Below are positions 13,844-27,340 of a stretch of 64,000 bases of DNA, in pieces. The position numbers and the translations under genes are program-made. Location of the stretch: NCBI RefSeq assembly GCF_006345805.1, contig NC_043017.1:5952001-6016000 (forward strand), in the 5' to 3' direction. This DNA is from Octopus sinensis (taxonomy: Eukaryota). Position 1 is the stretch's first letter. Every line of letters starts with the position of its first letter. The notes under the pieces were generated by a model that was given only the letters and a program-made list of their open reading frames with translations, was not told the DNA's origin and did not search any database.

Positions 13844-14474
13844 ATATATATATATATATACATGTATGTATGTGTGCGTGTGCGTGTCTTTTTATATGTA
13901 TATATAGATATTTATCCAGAAATGGTTTCAGGCGACAAATAATCATGGCCGTTACCGTGTTAACTGTTAGATTGGTCCAAGGGAAGAATGCAGCAATAAC
14001 TGTATAATAAAATATGGATGTGTAAATCTCCGTTCTCCTGATCTTTATTAATTTCATTATATATATATAGACACTCATGCATGTGTGCTCGTGCGTGTTT
14101 TTTTTTCTTCTTGTTTTTCTTTTTTTATTTTGCTTGTAACGAACCAGAGAAAAAATGCTGAACATATGAAGTGAGGTATCTTAATAATTACTAGGATGAA
14201 ATGTTCAGCTATAAGTTAAAGTTTCGCGCACTCTCGATCAATCAAACACTCATGCTTATCTCTTTCTCTCTCTCTCCCTGTCTCTCTCACTCTTTCTTTC
14301 TTCTTTCTCTTATTCCCTCTCTCAGCACATCATACACACACACACACACACACACGATTGTATGTGTATCTGTCACATGCATAGTCACATAATGTTTAAT
14401 TGCTCTAATGTATTTAATAATCCTTTTTTTCTACTAGATGCACTAGGCCAGCATCTAGTAGAAAAATTTGATAT

Positions 14475-14770
14475 ATGGCGGCAACAAGCTGGCAGAATCA
14501 TTAGCACACCAGATAAAATGTCTTGACGTTCTGAGTTCAAATTCCACCGAGGTCGACCTTACGGCGAACTGGCAGAATCGTTAGCATTCCGGAGAAAATA
14601 GCGGTATTTCGTCTGCCATTACGTTTTAACTTCAAATTCTGCCGAGGTCGAATTTGCCTTTCATTCTTTCGGGTCGATAAAATAAGTACCAGTTACGCAC
14701 TGGGGTCGATGTAATCGCTTTACTCCATTCTTCCTCTGAAATTGATGGCCTTGTACCAAAATTTGGAATC
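14475..14770 (+). mobile_element. Two family-A SINE units in tandem
   Basis: Two ggcagaatc.ttagca heads with ttcaaatt...gaggtcga cores. Confidence 0.8.
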
Positions 14771-15000
14771 AATCTATTCTATGCACATTCCAAAATGTTA
14801 TAATTCAATAAAGAAATAATCAGCGTCGTTAGGTTTATTTCTTCGAGGGAGGAATTGATGCGAATAAAGAAAAAAAAAAGTAGTAACCGACACCAGGGCA
14901 TGCCTCTAGCCCCTTCAGTCTAGAAGTTCCCTTCCGTTTGTTTAATAAGACAAATCCACCAACTATCGGTGATGTGTCAGGCCTGTCACAATTTCACCAC

Positions 15001-15548
15001 TCACCATATCGCGGTTCACCCATCATCGCGGTTTATTATTTAAGCTTACGTCGATTCCTCCGTGGTGTTGTTTTGCATTTATAATAGAATAAATATATAC
15101 AAGTTATAAAAATAATTTTAGAATATACATACAATACAGTACTGTTTCTACTTCGCGGATTTTCACCTATCGCGGGAGGGCTTTGGAACGTAGCACCCGC
15201 GATAGTCGAGGGATTATTATATAGTTAAGAGAATCATTTACACTGCACTTATTGGTAATGATACCAACATTTTGAAAGGTTTTCTGTTTATTTAGCTTAA
15301 AGTTACCTTAAACTTCGGCTACTACAATAATCCCTCGCCATATCCCGGTTCACCTATCGCGGTTTATTACTTGAGCTTCTGTCGATTCCTCCGTGGTGTT
15401 GTTTTGCATTTAAAATAAAATGAATATATACAAATCATAAAAATAATTTTAAAATATATATAATACAGTACTGTTTCTACTTCACGGATTTTCACCTATC
15501 GCGGGAGGGTTTTGGAACGTAACACCCGCGATAGTCGAGGAACCACTA
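15001..15548. mobile_element. Two tandem copies of the pogo/Tigger-like MITE
   Basis: 15001-15219 and 15325-15548 align to 7336-7562; caataatccctcg TIR at 15325. Confidence 0.8.
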
Positions 15549-16286
15549 TACTCAGTTTTGCTAGCTGAGTGGATTAGAACAACGTGAAATGAAATGGTTT
15601 GCTGAAGAACACAACGCATCACCCAGTCTGGGAATCGAAACCACAATCTTACGAACAGAAGTCCACCACACTAACCAGTAAGCCACACGTTTCCACATAC
15701 AAACTGTTATATACATAAAAATCAAAGAACTTGTGTAAAGAACTTGAAATTCATACGCTCCGGCAGGCAGCACCTCATAAAGCTGATATTTGATCGATCC
15801 GGATTCGGAACCTATTAAAGGAATGTAAGATTAAAATCTCTCTTCGTAGTTGGACCATCGTTTGTATAATCTCATCCACCATTTCTAGTAGCATCTAGAA
15901 TCTATTTCTTGAAAGAGATGCGAAAATTAGACATATTGACTGAATTAATAAATGAAAGGACGCGACAAAGAGCCCAAAGAGTCGAAATGATGAACTCACG
16001 AACCATGCTTGAATTAGATGTTCACAAACCGAAGCCAGTTGGTTATTTAGCCACAGTGTTCATTATTCCATATCGAAAGTATGCATCACTGCACGATGAA
16101 GACTGAAATATGTCCGGAGTTATCTACCATGCTTGCCGGAAATATGAAAATCCTCAATATCGACTTAGATTATTTAGCTTTTCTCTCTGTCTTTAAAGCG
16201 AGTTAGATTTATCTTTTTACTGATCCATGGTTAGAATATGCTAATATTAATTTACCAGTTTCTCCTCCCTCTCTCTATCTCCTGCC

Positions 16287-16820
<534 letters not shown>

Positions 16821-17519
16821 AGTGAATAACCGAAACCAGTCGGGAAGCGTGCTTCAGGCGTGCGTATATGTGTATGTGTGTATGCACATGTCCAAATGAC
16901 TTTGAACTTCGCTTCGCTTTCAGAAGATCAGAAGTTCGATGCTGCAGTAAGTGTCATTGTAATGTACAATACCCTTGGCTCACCCGCATCCTCCATCCAA
17001 ACTCTTTAGACAGAAACTGCATAGAATCCCGTCAGGTATTCTCTATCTGTAATTCAAAGTTTCACCTTCGTCGCACTATTTCACATTGATTCTGTCTGGG
17101 CGTTAAATTAAGAGTACATGTGAGTGGCTGAGGAATACTCAGTCATTTAGACGCAGATTCAATGAGTTGGTTGAGGCTGGCCCTTTGAAATGAGATTGAA
17201 GGAACATGGCTAAGTGGTTAAGGTTTTGGGCTCATGATCATAAAATTGCGATTTCGATTCCTGGACAGGGTAACGCGTTGTGTTCTTGAGCAAAAAATAA
17301 CTTTAGGTTGTTTTGCTCCAGTGTAATCAACTGGTGAAAAATGAGTAATCCTACGAGTAATCCTACGATTGATCCATTCAGGGAAACTATGTATACACAA
17401 CAGAAACCGGAAACCCTTGACATTAGAAACCAGGAAACCAGGTTTTATGAGTCTATATGACACGGAAAGGAGGTTTATCCTGCCTTATCCTATTCAATTG
17501 CCATGTAATTTAGCTCCCC

Positions 17520-17778
17520 GGATCTTTTCCCTTTGACCGGCAGATTTTTAAAATAATTTCTTTGTAACTAAACACTTTTAAATTTCGTATACTGGTAGTG
17601 TGTTACATAAAACATCTTTTCTCTTGGCTTTCTTGAGAAAATTCTGTAGTTTGTAAGCTATTTGTTGTTTAATTTCTTGCATTTCGGCAATTTCAACCAA
17701 TCAATGACGTCTATTGAGGTGAAGAAATAGAAATAAAGAAATTATTTTAAAAATCTGCCGGTCAAAGTGAAAAGATCC
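17520..17778. mobile_element. MITE with ~43-bp terminal inverted repeats
   Basis: ggatcttttccctttgaccggcagatttttaaaataatttctt ... aagaaattattttaaaaatctgccggtcaaagtgaaaagatcc. Confidence 0.85.
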
Positions 17779-17799
17779 AGTTCCCCTCCTCCGCTTCCC

Positions 17800-18050
17800 C
17801 ATTGGCTCAAATGCCTGGGGGACAATCGTCAAGCACCACCCAAAATGGCGGAATTGTCATTGTGAAGGGAACGGACTAGATGGACAATAACAGACGTCAA
17901 GCGGCACAGAATCGACATCGAGGACGCAAAATGCGATTCGTACATCCTCGTCAACCCTCCGCCAGCACTCTCCTGCAATAACTGCCCCCGGCTCTTCTAT
18001 ACAACCCTTGGCCTGGACTGCCAACTCAGGCACCACCCTTTGTATCCATC
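17800..18050 (+). pseudogene. RTE-clade LINE 3' fragment (ORF2 C-terminal zinc-finger region)
   Basis: Frame reads DNNRRQAAQNRHRGRKMR...STLSCNNCPRLFYTTLGLDCQLRHH, matching the RTE C-terminal CxxCxRxF...GL..HLR.H pattern; no intact long ORF. Confidence 0.7.
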
Positions 18051-18520
18051 ACTCCGCTACAGGTAAAATATTTGGATACGTGTTAACGCCGACGGCGAAT
18101 TCAGTTCGTCAAACAACTGAATAACGATCGTCGAAACTAGCTGAGATCCGTTTACTACTTATTGTGTGTGTATGAGTATGTTGTGTGTGGATGTACACAT
18201 ACACACACACATATACACACATATGAATGAATGTGTGTGGTAGGGTGGTGGTAGAGTGGTGGTGGTGGCGCAAGACGAGAAAATTTACGATATTTTTTAT
18301 TTGTATTCATTTCATTCCGACTATAAAGTGTTGTGTCCATCCGCTAAGAACCGTGTATCCTGAACGATGTGGAAAAAGGCAAACGGAGCCATATTTTCTT
18401 TTGTATTGCTTGCTGCTTCACAATTTTTATTATCAAAGGTATGAATTTTTCTTGACTATCGTATTAAATTATCCATTTAGTAAAGAAGAACCTAATTCTC
18501 CAGTTTTGTACATATTTACG

Positions 18521-18713
18521 TACAGGGTGTTCAGAAAGTCTCTCCTCAGTAAGTATTTTATTGCAAAATAAATATTTATAAGATGGTATAAGACTACAAA
18601 AGAATATATTAGACTTTAAAAAACTTTATAAGAGGTGATGAAAGTTTCGTCCTTCATTTTCAATACATGAATTAAAAAAAAAAAAATCACTGCGGAGACA
18701 CTTTTTGAACACC

Positions 18714-18718
<5 letters not shown>
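18521..18718. mobile_element. Mariner-like MITE
   Basis: TA-flanked imperfect TIRs tacagggtgttcagaaagtctctc / gagacactttttgaacaccccata. Confidence 0.65.
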
Positions 18719-18775
<57 letters not shown>

Positions 18776-19029
18776 GTTTCTTTATTGGCCACACAGGGCT
18801 TCACACAGATGGGACAAGTTACAAGGTAGAGCTTTTCTTTTGGGGGATGGAAAAAAGGGGGTGGCGTAGGTTTTCGATCAAGAGGGATCGTAAAAGGGAA
18901 GAAAAGAACAATAAAAAATGAAAAAATAAATAGAATAAAAAGAATAAAAAAAAAAGAAAGGGAAAAGGAACAAAAGAAAAGAGAAATGAAGAGAGAGATA
19001 GATAGATAGATAGATATTTCCTTCAATAG

Positions 19030-19199
19030 GATTTGAACTCAGGGCGCAGAGAGCTGGAACAAATGCAAGCTAACACTTTCAGACACGCGTTTTTCTTTAA
19101 AAATATATATATACATTGTTTTTTTTTTTTAAAGAAAAACACGTGTCTGAAAGTGTTATCTTGCATTTGTTTCAGATCTCTGCGCCCTGAGTTCAAATC
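19030..19199. repeat. Fold-back made of two inverted SINE-head copies (~74-bp arms)
   Basis: gatttgaactcagggcgcagagag...gtttttctttaaaaa is the reverse complement of tttttaaagaaaaac...ctctgcgccctgagttcaaatc with few mismatches. Confidence 0.9.
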
Positions 19200-19562
19200 A
19201 CATCGAGGGAAATATCTATTCATAAACAAAACGTCTAAGATATCTCATATACTTTATTTTGAGTGTATCGCCAATAAGCCACGTTAATGTTTTTCAAATA
19301 ACTAAAATGGTGTACAAACCAACGTATATTTAGGCAGTTCGCCTCGGACGGCGCTGTTATGGTGGCAGTTCTTTTGGGTCTGCAGTGTATTCTTGAATTA
19401 GTTTCGGAGCCTGAGTTGGGGAGGCACATCTAATTACGTCACTGATACAGACAAACGTTCATATTTGTATTTATTGTTTTTTTTTTACTATACTCGAAGC
19501 TAATCGTTCAACGAATAAATTTTACTAAACCAAGTCCACCGAAATACATCGGTGCCATTACA

Positions 19563-20010
19563 TATTTCTTTACTACCCACAAGGGGCTAAACACAAAGAG
19601 GACAAACAAGGACAGACAAACGGATTAAGTCGATTATATCGACCCCAGTGCGTAACTGGTACTTATTTAATAGACCCCAGTGCGTAACTGGTACTTTTTT
19701 AATCGACCCCGAAAGGATGAAAGGCAAAGTCGACCTCGGCGGAATTTGAACTCAGAAAGTAGCGGCAGACGAAATACTTATTTCTTTACTACCCACAAGG
19801 GGCTAAACGCAGAGAGGACAAACAAGGATAGATAAACGGATTAAGTCGATTATATCGACCCCAGTGCGTAACTGGTACTTAATTTATCGACCCTGAAAGG
19901 ATGAAAGGCAAAGTCGACCTCGGCGGAATTTGAACTCAGACCGTAACGGCAGACGAAATACGGCTACGCATTTCGCCCGGCATGCTAACGTTTCTGCCAG
20001 CTCGCAGCCT
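19563..20010 (-). mobile_element. Family-A SINE multimer
   Basis: Repeated tatttctttactacccacaagggg ends; junction gacgaaatac|ttatttc at ~19770-19790. Confidence 0.85.
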
Positions 20011-21016
20011 TTTTATAATGATAATAATAATAATTATTATCATTATTATTATTTCAAATTTTTGACACAAGGCAAGGTATTTCAGGGGAGTGAGTATCAA
20101 CCCCACTAATTCAACTGTTATTTATTTTATTGGCCTCGAAAGGATGAAAGGCAAAGCAGAACTCGTGGGCGTTCTTTTTACCGAGTTGACTTCCTTGAAA
20201 ATATCCGGATCAAATCTTCATTTTGGGTAACCCTTTAATTCAATCAGCCATATTCACAAACTTTTATTACAGATCTTGTGGGAAAAATTATTTTGTAGTT
20301 ACTTATTTCTTTACTACCCACAAGGGGCTATAAATTCTTTCTACTTTAGGCACAAGGCCTGAAATTTGGGGGGAGGGGCCCAGTCGATTAGATTGACCCC
20401 AGTACTTGACTGGTACCTATTTTATCGACTCCGAAAGGAGGAAAGGCTAAGTCGACCTCGGCGGAATTTGAACTCAGACCGTAACGGCAGACGAAATACG
20501 GCTACGCATTTCGCCCGGCATGCTAACGTTTCTGCCAGCTCGCAGCCTTTTTATAATGATAATAATAATAATTATTATCATTATTATTATTTCAAATTTT
20601 TGACACAAGGCAAGGTATTTCAGGGGAGTGAGTATCAACCCCACTAATTCAACTGTTATTTATTTTATTGGCCTCGAAAGGATGAAAGGCAAAGCAGAAC
20701 TCGTGGGCGTTCTTTTTACCGAGTTGACTTCCTTGAAAATATCCGGATCAAATCTTCATTTTGGGTAACCCTTTAATTCAATCAGCCATATTCACAAACT
20801 TTTATTACAGATCTTGTGGGAAAAATTATTTTGTAGTTACTTATTTCTTTACTACCCACAAGGGGCTATAAATTCTTTCTACTTTAGGCACAAGGCCTGA
20901 AATTTGGGGGGAGGGGCCCAGTCGATTAGATTGACCCCAGTACTTGACTGGTACCTATTTTATCGACTCCGAAAGGAGGAAAGGCTAAGTCGACCTCGGC
21001 GGAATTTGAACTCAGA
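19921..21016. repeat. 538-bp apparently identical tandem duplication
   Basis: cggcggaatttgaactcaga recurs at 19921, 20459 and 20997; intervening unique sequence is repeated verbatim as far as I can read. Confidence 0.92.
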
Positions 21017-22439
21017 ATGCGAGGTCGCCGCCTTATTATTTTCTGGTTATTCATAAAGTGGAGATCTCTTTGTCCAGCTCTCATTTTATGTGTTTCATTT
21101 ACATATTCAAAATATATAGAATTTATGTGGCTGTACATATGTAATGAGTTAACAACATTCAGAGTGTCTTCTTTACTGAAGAAACGGGTTCGAATCACAG
21201 GGGCTGCCTTCGGCATTTTCCTTTGAATGATCCCTTTTTAATGATTTCCTTTTTAACCCAAAATTTACACGCTTTTATTTACAGGTTTCGAGTTACATCG
21301 CTAATAATTTATTTCATGTTCCTCGTAAGTTTCTAAATTCTCAGGGCGTCAACACACACACACAAAGAAAATTTTAAAATGACAAGGAAATAAGAAATTA
21401 TATAATGGACTTCTTTAGCTTCCATCTGTTTCTGCTACAAGATGCAATGCACTCATAGCTGAGTGCTTGTGTCTCACTCTATAGCTTCGTCGGAGCTTCA
21501 CAAAGGAAGTGCAATTTTATTTAAAGAAGCACATATATGAATACTTTGGTAGGTGAAAACTAAAAGAAGCTTATCATATATGTATGCGAGTGTGTGTCTT
21601 TGTATCTGTGTTTGTTCGTTACCTCCGCTTGACAACCGGTGTAGGTGTGTTTCCGTCACTGTAACCTAACGGTACGGCATAACAGACGGATAGGCTGTGT
21701 AACTAGGCTTTACAAAAAATGACTGAAACAACAAAAAGAGCACACACACACACACACATTGTGTGAGTGTGTGATTCATATTGACTTACGCTGCAACCTT
21801 AAAACATTGTTAAAATCTTAATTTCCCTCCAAACTGTTCAGCAAAAAAAAAAAAAAATTCGATAAATCGGACTCGTTTATTGATTGAAAAAAAACTTCTC
21901 CATTTTGTTATTTATTGGCGATGATGATGATGATGATGATGTTTTAGCTTCTCAGCTCTCATAAAAATGAAAAAAAACCCTCCACAAACCCTTGCTGTCA
22001 TCGTTGCTGTTGTAGCTTCTGCTGACGATGAAGACACCACCGCGACTGTCGTTGTTGTAACCACCCCACCCCCCATACACGTATGTTTAATATTGATCGG
22101 CGTTTGTTTGGTATTACTCATATTGTTGTTGTTTCAGTTGTTGTCGTTGTTATCATTGTTATTGTTAGATTATTGTTATTGTATTGTGTGTGTTTGTTTT
22201 CTTTTTATTTTTGTTGTTCATATTGCTCTTATCGATACTATTGTTATTGATGTAGTTATTATTGATAAAGTTGTTGTTGTTGTTATTATTATTACTCTAC
22301 AGCTGTATTCTGATCATGTTGGCTTTGTTAAAGTGGCTGCTGCCATTTCGATATGGACAATTTTATCGCTAAAACGTCTACCCCTCATTTACTACTACTA
22401 CTACTGCAGCTGCTGCTTTTGTCTAATAATAATAGTGGT

Positions 22440-22875
22440 TTTAAATTTTGCCAAAAGGGCAGCGTTTGTTTTGGGCGTGGGTGGTGAGGACGAGTCGATT
22501 GCATCGACCCCAGTATTCAACTGGTACTTGATTTATCAACCTCTGAAAGGATGCAAGGCAAAGTCAACCTCGGCGGAATTTGAACTCAGAATGTAGAGAC
22601 GGACGAATTACCGCTATGCATTTCGTCCAGCGTGCCGGCTCGCCGCCCTACTAACAATCCTTTCTATTATAGGCACAAGGCCTGAAATTTGCAGGGGAGG
22701 GGACTAGTCGATTGCATCGACCCCTGTGCGTAACTGGTACTTAATTTATCGACCTCGAAAGGATGAAAGGCAAAGTCGACCTCGGCGGAATTTGAACTCA
22801 GAACGTAACGGCAGACGAAACACCGCTAAGCATATCGCCCGGCGTGCTAACGATTCTGCCAGCTCACCGCCTTAA
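22440..22875 (-). mobile_element. Two family-A SINEs in tandem
   Basis: Two gaaaggatg.aaggcaaagtc.acctcggcggaatttgaactcagaa cores with heads. Confidence 0.85.
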
Positions 22876-23444
22876 TAATAGTAATAATTCATTCTGAATT
22901 TGGCAATAAGACGGAAGGTTTAACCGATTACACTGACCCCAGTACATGACTGGTAATTTATCGATTCCGAAAGAATGCAGCTGAAAGCAAACCTCGGCAG
23001 ACCGACTTCTGATATAGACACAGGGTTAGTAATTTTCAAGAGACGTGTTAGTCGATGGGGGTTGACCCCCATTAGTCACATTAGTACTTTACTTTTACTA
23101 ACCCCGGAAAGATTAACGGCAACTGAACCTCGGTATGATTCAAAACCCATTACGTAACAAACGAGAAGAAATACCACAAGGCACTTTTATCTGCTGCTCT
23201 AACGATTATTTTGTTGTTTTATTTACTGTTGTTGTTACTTCGGCAGCAGTAGTTACCGTTCTAGGGTGGGTTGGGGTGGGGGGAATCTGTCATCGTGTTT
23301 TTTTTTCCATCCTTTCTGTAGTTATATTTGTCACAGGCCCGGCATCGGCAGCAACAATATGGCCATTGAACCTTTCTATCTTTCTATCTATCTATCTATC
23401 TATCTGTGTGTGTACGATCATACGTGTCTGTATGTGTATGTCTG

Positions 23445-23475
<31 letters not shown>

Positions 23476-23564
23476 ATGATCATACGTGTCTGTATGTGTG
23501 TGTCTATGTATATGTGCATAGGTGTCTATATGTGTACGTGTGTGTTAGTCTGTGTATGTATATG

Positions 23565-23603
<39 letters not shown>

Positions 23604-25929
23604 GCGTGTGTGTGTGTGTGAGTGAGTATATATGAGTGTGTTTGCGTGTATATATATTTGTGTGTGTTTATGAGCATCTGCATATAAGTATATACGTATG
23701 TTTAAACACACATTATCATCTCCACACACGAACAATAATCTGAACAGCCATTATTTTTTCTTACCCCCCCCCCCCCACACACACCAACAAAAAAACAACG
23801 CCATACTGCTTAACATTATCAGTTAGCAAGATCGATAAGATAATTTGCTGCAAAATTTTTCAGTTTCAAGCTATCGGGGTCGCTTGTATCATAGAGAAAA
23901 AGAAATTTATATCAACAACAACAACAACAATAACCGCAACAACAACAACAACAACACAACAACGACTGTAAAATATATACATAATCCCCACCACACACAC
24001 AAACAAAAACAAAAAAAAATCCAAATAAACACAAATATATAGAAGCAATAAAAATCCAAAAAAAAGAATTAATAAAATAAAGAGGAAGGAAAACAAAATA
24101 AAAAGATAAGAAAATGAAGAAGAATATGAACAGTTCAATAACACGAAGCGCTGCGCTGTATTATCGGCAATCTACCCCCTCTTTGAGACAGTTTTGCCAT
24201 TCCATCAACATACCATTCCGATACTCTACGACATTATTACACTCTTCTCCTTCTTATATATATATATATATATATATATAACACTTTCTCCTTTTCTTTC
24301 TCAACATCGTTACAGCATCAAATCAGCTTTTCTGTATCGAGTCATCTATCTATCTATCTTAGTGTGAGTATACAAAATTTAAGTGTAAATGAGAAAAAAA
24401 ATATGTCGTCGTTGAAGTGTATTCACTGCTGATGATAAAGTATATTTAGTAAAGGTGGCTCTTCTTCACCTTTCGTTAACTCCTAATCTCACGTTTCTGA
24501 TTCTTCGATATATACTACGAAGGGTTCTCAAAATTTGTCTGACGATCGGTGACGTGAAGCTCATGATTTTGCTGGAGGTTACATAACTAACGCCTTGCTA
24601 TGTCTGTACTAATCTCTTATGTGTGTGTGTACATGAATATACCTGATTGAATTTATCTCTGTAGAAGTGCATGGGTGTATTTCTATATAAAAGTGTGTTT
24701 AGGAGAGAGAGAGAGAGAAAGAGAATGTGTTCAGTGTTTTGGTTCTCCAAGAGTTATTTGCAAGTTTAATCATCACAGTAGTTCCGTTACCGATTCACGC
24801 ATTGATCTTCACACAAGCTCCTAATATTGCCAGTGGAAGACTCGTGTTCTATAGAAGACCTTAACTGAAATGAATTGTTGTTAACACACTTTCTATCAAT
24901 TGACAATAATTATTTTCAATTACTTTTGAATTTTTTTTCCTTATTTTTTCCTTTTTTTTGTTAGTGAATTTGTTTTCTTGAGTTGAATTTTTATTCCATT
25001 TAACGAGAGCTTCTTTATTTTGCAAGTTGCATAGTTTAAAACCTGGCTTCATTAGTCGACATAATTCTCTCGTTTCCTTCTCCAAGACTGCGATGTCAGC
25101 TCTGTGAACGGCAGAACTAGAATGCAAGCGTTCGATTTCTGCAAGTGCACAAGCGTCAGCTGGGGGTAATATCGTTGACGGTAAAAGAGCACATGGTTTT
25201 CTCTGCGGTATTTGAGTGAGTAATGTTAAACCCAGGGAGATTCCTCGGCTTTGCAAGAGGAGAATTTTCCTTTGCTGTTAATGAGAAAGTAATCTCTCAT
25301 AAACTGCGCTGTGATGTTTGCTCTGTGCATTGCAAACAATCTGGTGACGGGTTCTTCAGGCTATAATCCTTTCTACTATATGCACAGGGCCTAAAATTCT
25401 GGGAGAGGAGTTCGTCGGTTACATTGACCCCTGTACTCAACTGGTACAATTTTATCGACACCCGACAGGATAAAGTCAACTTCGGCGGAATTTGAACTCT
25501 GAATGTATAGACGGGCGAAATGCCGCTTCGAACTTTGTACGGCGTGCTAACGATTTTGCCAGCTCGCTGCCTTCTGACAAATGATAAAATTCAAGTGATG
25601 TCACTGATGTAATCCTACATGTAGGACAAACAGCACAACATGAGAAATTCCAGTATTTAAATCACGGTACATTTACAGATTTTGTGATTGCGGGAGTTGT
25701 TTGATGAGTTCATTGAACTTACAGGTTTTCCGCTTCTATGCTAGAGTCAAATGGGAGACATTTAAGGTCACAAACTTTAGCTCCACATAAACAAATAATT
25801 TCAAGAACACATAACCAGCTGCTTCCTATTCTACATTTGAACCACAAACTTTCTCCACTTGAAATTGGAACGAATTCCTACCACTCGTTCAGTCTCAGGT
25901 GTAAGTGATACCATCATCAACAAGAGATA

Positions 25930-26080
25930 CAACGCCATGTTATTGTCTATGAACTTGCTCTTTTCCTTTCCAGAAGAAAACGTATGATTGCTCTAATAAT
26001 CCCTCATTAGCAAGTGTTGTCTCTAAAAGAGGCAACAGCTGTTCTGTGTCTGTGATCGTGTCGTTTAATAGCGGGTAGAT
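25930..26080 (-). pseudogene. RTE-LINE apurinic endonuclease fragment
   Basis: Minus frame ETTLANEGLLEQSYVFFWKGKEQVHRQ*HGV resembles RTE EN 'SETRLA.EG.L.E..YTFFW.GK....R.HGVG'; in-frame stop. Confidence 0.6.
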
Positions 26081-26120
26081 CCAATTCTTACCACGCTATA
26101 TTTGGTTGTTATTTAAGTAT

Positions 26121-26264
26121 AGGCGTAGGAGCTGCTGTGTGGTAAGTACCTTGCTTACGAATCACATGGTTCCGGGTTCAGTACCACTGCGTGGCACATT
26201 CGGCAAGAGTCTCCTACTATAGCCTCGAGTGGATTTGGTAGACGGAAACTGAAAGAAGCCCGTC

Positions 26265-26310
<46 letters not shown>

Positions 26311-26520
26311 GTGTGTGTATATGTTTGTGTGTGTCCCCCTAACATCGCTTGACAACCGATGCTGGTGTGTTTACGTCCCCGTAACTTAGCGGTTCGGCAA
26401 AAGAGTCCGATAGAATAAGTACTAGGCTTACAAAGAATAAATCTTGAGGTCGATTTGCTCGACTAAATGTGGTGCTCCAGCATGGCCGTAGTCAAATGAC
26501 TGAAGCAAGTAAAAGAGTAA
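26121..26520 (+). mobile_element. Family-B SINE, near full length
   Basis: ggcgtaggagctgctgtgtggtaag head, internal (TA)n, tail gactgaagcaagtaaaagagtaa. Confidence 0.9.
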
Positions 26521-26900
26521 AGGAATGTGTTCGTGGGTTGGATGTGATGCTGAAGAAGGGGCAAGTGTTCCTGAAATATGCATATACAACCATCACCTCC
26601 TTTTTCCATCTTCGATCGCACTGTTTTCATAGACACATTCGTGTACAAAACGTCGTAACAAATCAGTGATGGTTCTCAGCTCTTTAGAATATCTTTAGCG
26701 ATATCTATAAAAACGTGAAGTTTAGATGATCGATTAATGGTGACGTCAAATTTCTAACATTCCAGCTTTCTATTTGAAATAGAGATAGCTTTTTTAAAGA
26801 CTTGTTTCATGTATTGTTTGGTGTATTCTTTTAAATTTCCATTGTTAAGCGCAGCCAAGTGTTAGCGGATAAGCACCTTACTGGGTGAAGAATACCCATC

Positions 26901-27013
26901 ATGAAGAGGTGGCATCTGATTATTGGTACGACTATGGTTCTTTCTACCCCGCCCCGACTGAAGCAACTCGTTATTTTCTCTCTTTATGAGAAATCAAACA
27001 AGATTTATTGTCC
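26901..27013 (+). CDS. Candidate first coding exon, unknown product
   Basis: ATG after an in-frame stop, open for MKRWHLIIGTTMVLSTPPRLKQLVIFSLYEKSNKIYC, ends CC|GTAAGT; phase 2 matches the 27178 exon. Confidence 0.3.
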
Positions 27014-27177
27014 GTAAGTGTTGCTTTTTGTGTTTGCCTTGGTTTCACAAAAATGGAATCTCCTTTTCACGGTGAGAAAAAGGAGTGTGGTAACTGAAAT
27101 GGAAAAGGAGCCTGATCAGTTCTATATTGACCCTGGCTTTTCTTTAATTCCCTTCTCTACACCCGCCCCCACTATAG

Positions 27178-27325
27178 TCCAGAAGAAAGCAAAAGCAGTT
27201 GGTCGAATACTAGTTTTAGCTGCAGGAGTTTCCAGACAGACGGGCAAATAGACAAATCCTTCTGCGAAGCTTCTCTCCAATATTTCTGCCGAGATTTGCC
27301 TCCTTTAGCCTTAATCGATCTCCAG
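27178..27325 (+). CDS. Candidate internal coding exon, Cys/Trp-containing, unknown product
   Basis: Pyrimidine-rich acceptor ...ccactatag, 148 nt with one open frame (PEESKSSWSNTSFSCRSFQTDGQIDKSFCEASLQYFCRDLPPLALIDLQ), donor CAG|GTAACG, GC higher than flanks. Confidence 0.42.
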
Positions 27326-27340
27326 GTAACGAGACCCTTG

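Noticed and set aside
15700-15815. Minus frame GSESGSIKYQLYEVLPAGAYEFQV resembling an FN3 strand
   Set aside because: Similarity is short, there is no good donor, and the frame runs into a SINE head
25974-25981. 8-nt microexon-like segment (ttccag|AAGAAAAC|gtatga)
   Set aside because: It is the antisense of the YVFFWKGK codons of the RTE endonuclease fragment, which explains the pyrimidine tract
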